Of a stretch of DNA of 64,000 nucleotides, positions 62,433 to 64,000 are shown in pieces. The notes below the pieces were generated by a model. That model did not search any database. It was not told the DNA's origin and worked only from the letters and a program-made list of their open reading frames with translations. A program made the translations under genes and the position numbers. The first letter of the stretch is position 1. Each line of letters opens with the position of its first letter. The stretch is from Vicinamibacteria bacterium (GTDB taxonomy: Bacteria > Acidobacteriota > Vicinamibacteria > Vicinamibacterales > JAENWD01). The stretch is from the NCBI GenBank assembly GCA_963697705.1, contig CAVOPA010000003.1, forward strand, positions 832,176-896,175, given 5' to 3'.

Positions 62433-63521
62433 TCAATTCGTGAACCGGCGCATTCGCACGTTGAGGATCAGGCCGAAGCCTGCCAACGTGGCGATGAGCG
62501 ACGAGCCGCCGTAACTCATGAGCGGCAGCGTCAGGCCCTTCACCGGGGCCAGTCCGGCTGACATGGATATGTTGTACAGCACCTGAAACGTGAAGCCGGC
62601 CAGGATCCCGAGCACGAGGTACGCCCCGAGCCGATCCTTCGCCAGCCGTGCGGCGTCGAGCGATCGCATGATCACGAACAGGTAGAGCCCGAGCGCGACG
62701 ATGACGCCGGCGAAGCCCTGCTCTTCGCCCCAGACCGAAAAGATGAAATCGTTGTGGGCGACCGGCAGGAAGCGCAATTGCCCCTGCGTACCCTTCATGT
62801 AGCCCTTGCCCCACAGGCCGCCCGAACCGGTGGTGATGCGGGCCTGGATCTGCTGGTAGCCAGCGCCGCGCGTGTCTTTCGACGGATCGACGAAGGTCAT
62901 CACACGCTGCCGTTGGTAGTCCTTGAGAACGAACTTCCACGCGACCGGCGCCGCCAGCACGGCGACAATCGCCGCCACCGCGAGAATGCGAGTGGGCAGG
63001 CCCGCCACGTAGGCAATGGCGAGGTACACCGGGATGACCGTGACCGCCGTGCCGAGATCCGGCTGGCGCATGATGAGCAGCACCGGCAGCACCGCCAGGC
63101 CGCCGGCAATCGCCAGATCGGTCAGCGTCGGGTTGCCGCGGCGGTTCTCGCCGAAGTACTTCGCGAGCACCAGCGCGACCGCCATGCGCGCGAACTCCGA
63201 CGGCTGGAGGTTGAAGAGGCCGAGCGGGATCCAACGCCGCGCGCCGCCGCGGACCGCGCCGAAGAACATCACGTACAGCAGCAGGCAGACGACTGCAGCG
63301 TAGATGAAATGGGAGCGATCCGCGAGCGTGCGGTAGTCGATGGCGAGCATCACGACGAGGGCGGTGGCGCCGAGCCCGAGTGCATACAGCTGCGAGACGT
63401 AGAGGCGCGGCGCCGTGCTCTGCGTAGCGCTGTAGATCATCAGGATCCCCATGCCGCAGAGCGCGAACACGGCGATCACGAGCGCCCAGTCGACGTGGAA
63501 GTAGAGGCGGCGTTCGAACAT
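62433..63521 (-). CDS. rodA: Rod shape-determining protein RodA (SEDS family)
   Basis: LQPSEFARMAVALVLAKYF, RQPDLGTAV, HNDFIFSVWGEEQGF, TLPLMSYGGSS. Start at MFERRL. Confidence 0.92.
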   Translation of the reverse strand: MFERRLYFHVDWALVIAVFALCGMGILMIYSATQSTAPRLYVSQLYALGLGATALVVMLAIDYRTLADRSHFIYAAVVCLLLYVMFFGAVRGGARRWIPLGLFNLQPSEFARMAVALVLAKYFGENRRGNPTLTDLAIAGGLAVLPVLLIMRQPDLGTAVTVIPVYLAIAYVAGLPTRILAVAAIVAVLAAPVAWKFVLKDYQRQRVMTFVDPSKDTRGAGYQQIQARITTGSGGLWGKGYMKGTQGQLRFLPVAHNDFIFSVWGEEQGFAGVIVALGLYLFVIMRSLDAARLAKDRLGAYLVLGILAGFTFQVLYNISMSAGLAPVKGLTLPLMSYGGSSLIATLAGFGLILNVRMRRFTN

Positions 63522-63528
63522 TCCCGCG

Positions 63529-64000
63529 CTATCCTCCGACCGGAGGCGCGGATGGTCCCGTGCCGCTGGCGTATGGGTCCTTGTAATCGAGCCGCAGGTC
63601 GTCGTGGGTCGGCGGCGGGGGCAGCGGCTGCCCATCCTGCTTGGCAAAAAATGTCGCCAGGATGTGATGCGCGACCGACGCGGCGTTCGGGCCGTGGATG
63701 CCGTGTTCCAGGAAGACCACGCCGGCAATCTTCGGGTTGTCCCGCGGCGCGAAGAAGACGAACCAGCCGTTGTCGCGGAGGTCCTTGCCGCTGCCACGCG
63801 CTGCGAGCCGGCCCTGGTTCGAAATGACCTGGGCCGTCCCGGTTTTGCCGGCGACGTCGTGCCCGGTAATCCGGGCACGACCGCCCGTGCCGCCGGCGTT
63901 CACGACCATCCAGAGGCCATCGCGGATCGCTTGCAGCTTCGCCGGGTCGACGTCGATCGCCGACTGCGGTGGAGGCGTCGGGACCGGCTTCCAGCCGCGG
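63529..64000 (-). CDS. mrdA: Penicillin-binding protein 2, C-terminal part (5' end outside window)
   Basis: Frame open to the window edge. VAGKTGTAQV (KTG motif), NGWFVFFAPRDNPKIAGVVFLEHG. Confidence 0.88.
   Translation of the reverse strand, partial: RGWKPVPTPPPQSAIDVDPAKLQAIRDGLWMVVNAGGTGGRARITGHDVAGKTGTAQVISNQGRLAARGSGKDLRDNGWFVFFAPRDNPKIAGVVFLEHGIHGPNAASVAHHILATFFAKQDGQPLPPPPTHDDLRLDYKDPYASGTGPSAPPVGG

Noticed and set aside
1-64000. tRNA, rRNA, transposase, integrase, phage or defence-system genes
   Set aside because: I recognised none on either strand. All large ORFs with convincing protein-like sequence were assigned to housekeeping, transport, envelope or hydrolase families. tRNA absence rests on visual inspection only and should be confirmed with a tRNA scanner.

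Overview
This is a GC-rich bacterial chromosomal segment (G+C judged by eye, not computed). The gene content looks Acidobacteriota-like: CarboxypepD_reg-type TonB-dependent receptors, a CRTAC1/ASPIC-UnbV protein, and ~900-aa LmbE and M14 proteins. That taxonomic call is an inference.

I can support about 49 protein-coding genes. I recognised no rRNA, tRNA, CRISPR array, transposase or integrase.

Gene content in window order:
- TPR protein, CRTAC1-like protein and LmbE-like protein.
- A co-directional minus-strand string: thiolase, four-helix-bundle ORF, IPMDH-family gene, thiolase, hbd, folE.
- Three CarboxypepD_reg/TonB-dependent receptor paralogs. Two are riddled with frameshifts.
- Two ~900-aa M14 peptidase paralogs.
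- A five-gene double ABC-2 exporter operon.
- gltS and an APC permease.
- SDR, SnoaL-Nudix and YjbQ genes.
- tsaD-mtnA-cdd-PNP and deoA-nupC nucleoside salvage genes.
- An amidohydrolase and an AP-superfamily phosphodiesterase.
- An MGMT-like gene and csbD.
- An ECF sigma / anti-sigma / DUF4097 operon.
- rng, rodA and the 3' part of mrdA.

The most unusual signal is non-coding.
1. Nearly every intergenic spacer carries a 'word palindrome'. One arm is made of tandem 6-8 nt words and the other arm of their reverse complements. The word differs from locus to locus, and arms often touch stop or start codons.
2. One of these elements carries a four-helix-bundle (23S-rRNA-IVS-protein family) ORF in its loop. 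This reproduces IVS stem-loop topology inside an mRNA spacer.
3. A second, unrelated REP-like hairpin family (GCCCGCC-TGAA-GGCGGGC-ACTAC) occurs as a 7-unit tandem array between deoA and nupC, as dispersed copies, and once in frame inside tsaD.

Other items: a collapsed alpha-2-macroglobulin/PBP1C remnant, a 12-bp perfect AT-rich palindrome filling a 43-bp divergent spacer, and small indel-type frameshifts that may be real or assembly errors.

CDS ends come from the supplied ORF track. Alternative starts are frame-consistent with it. Repeat coordinates were hand-counted and may be off by 1-2 nt.
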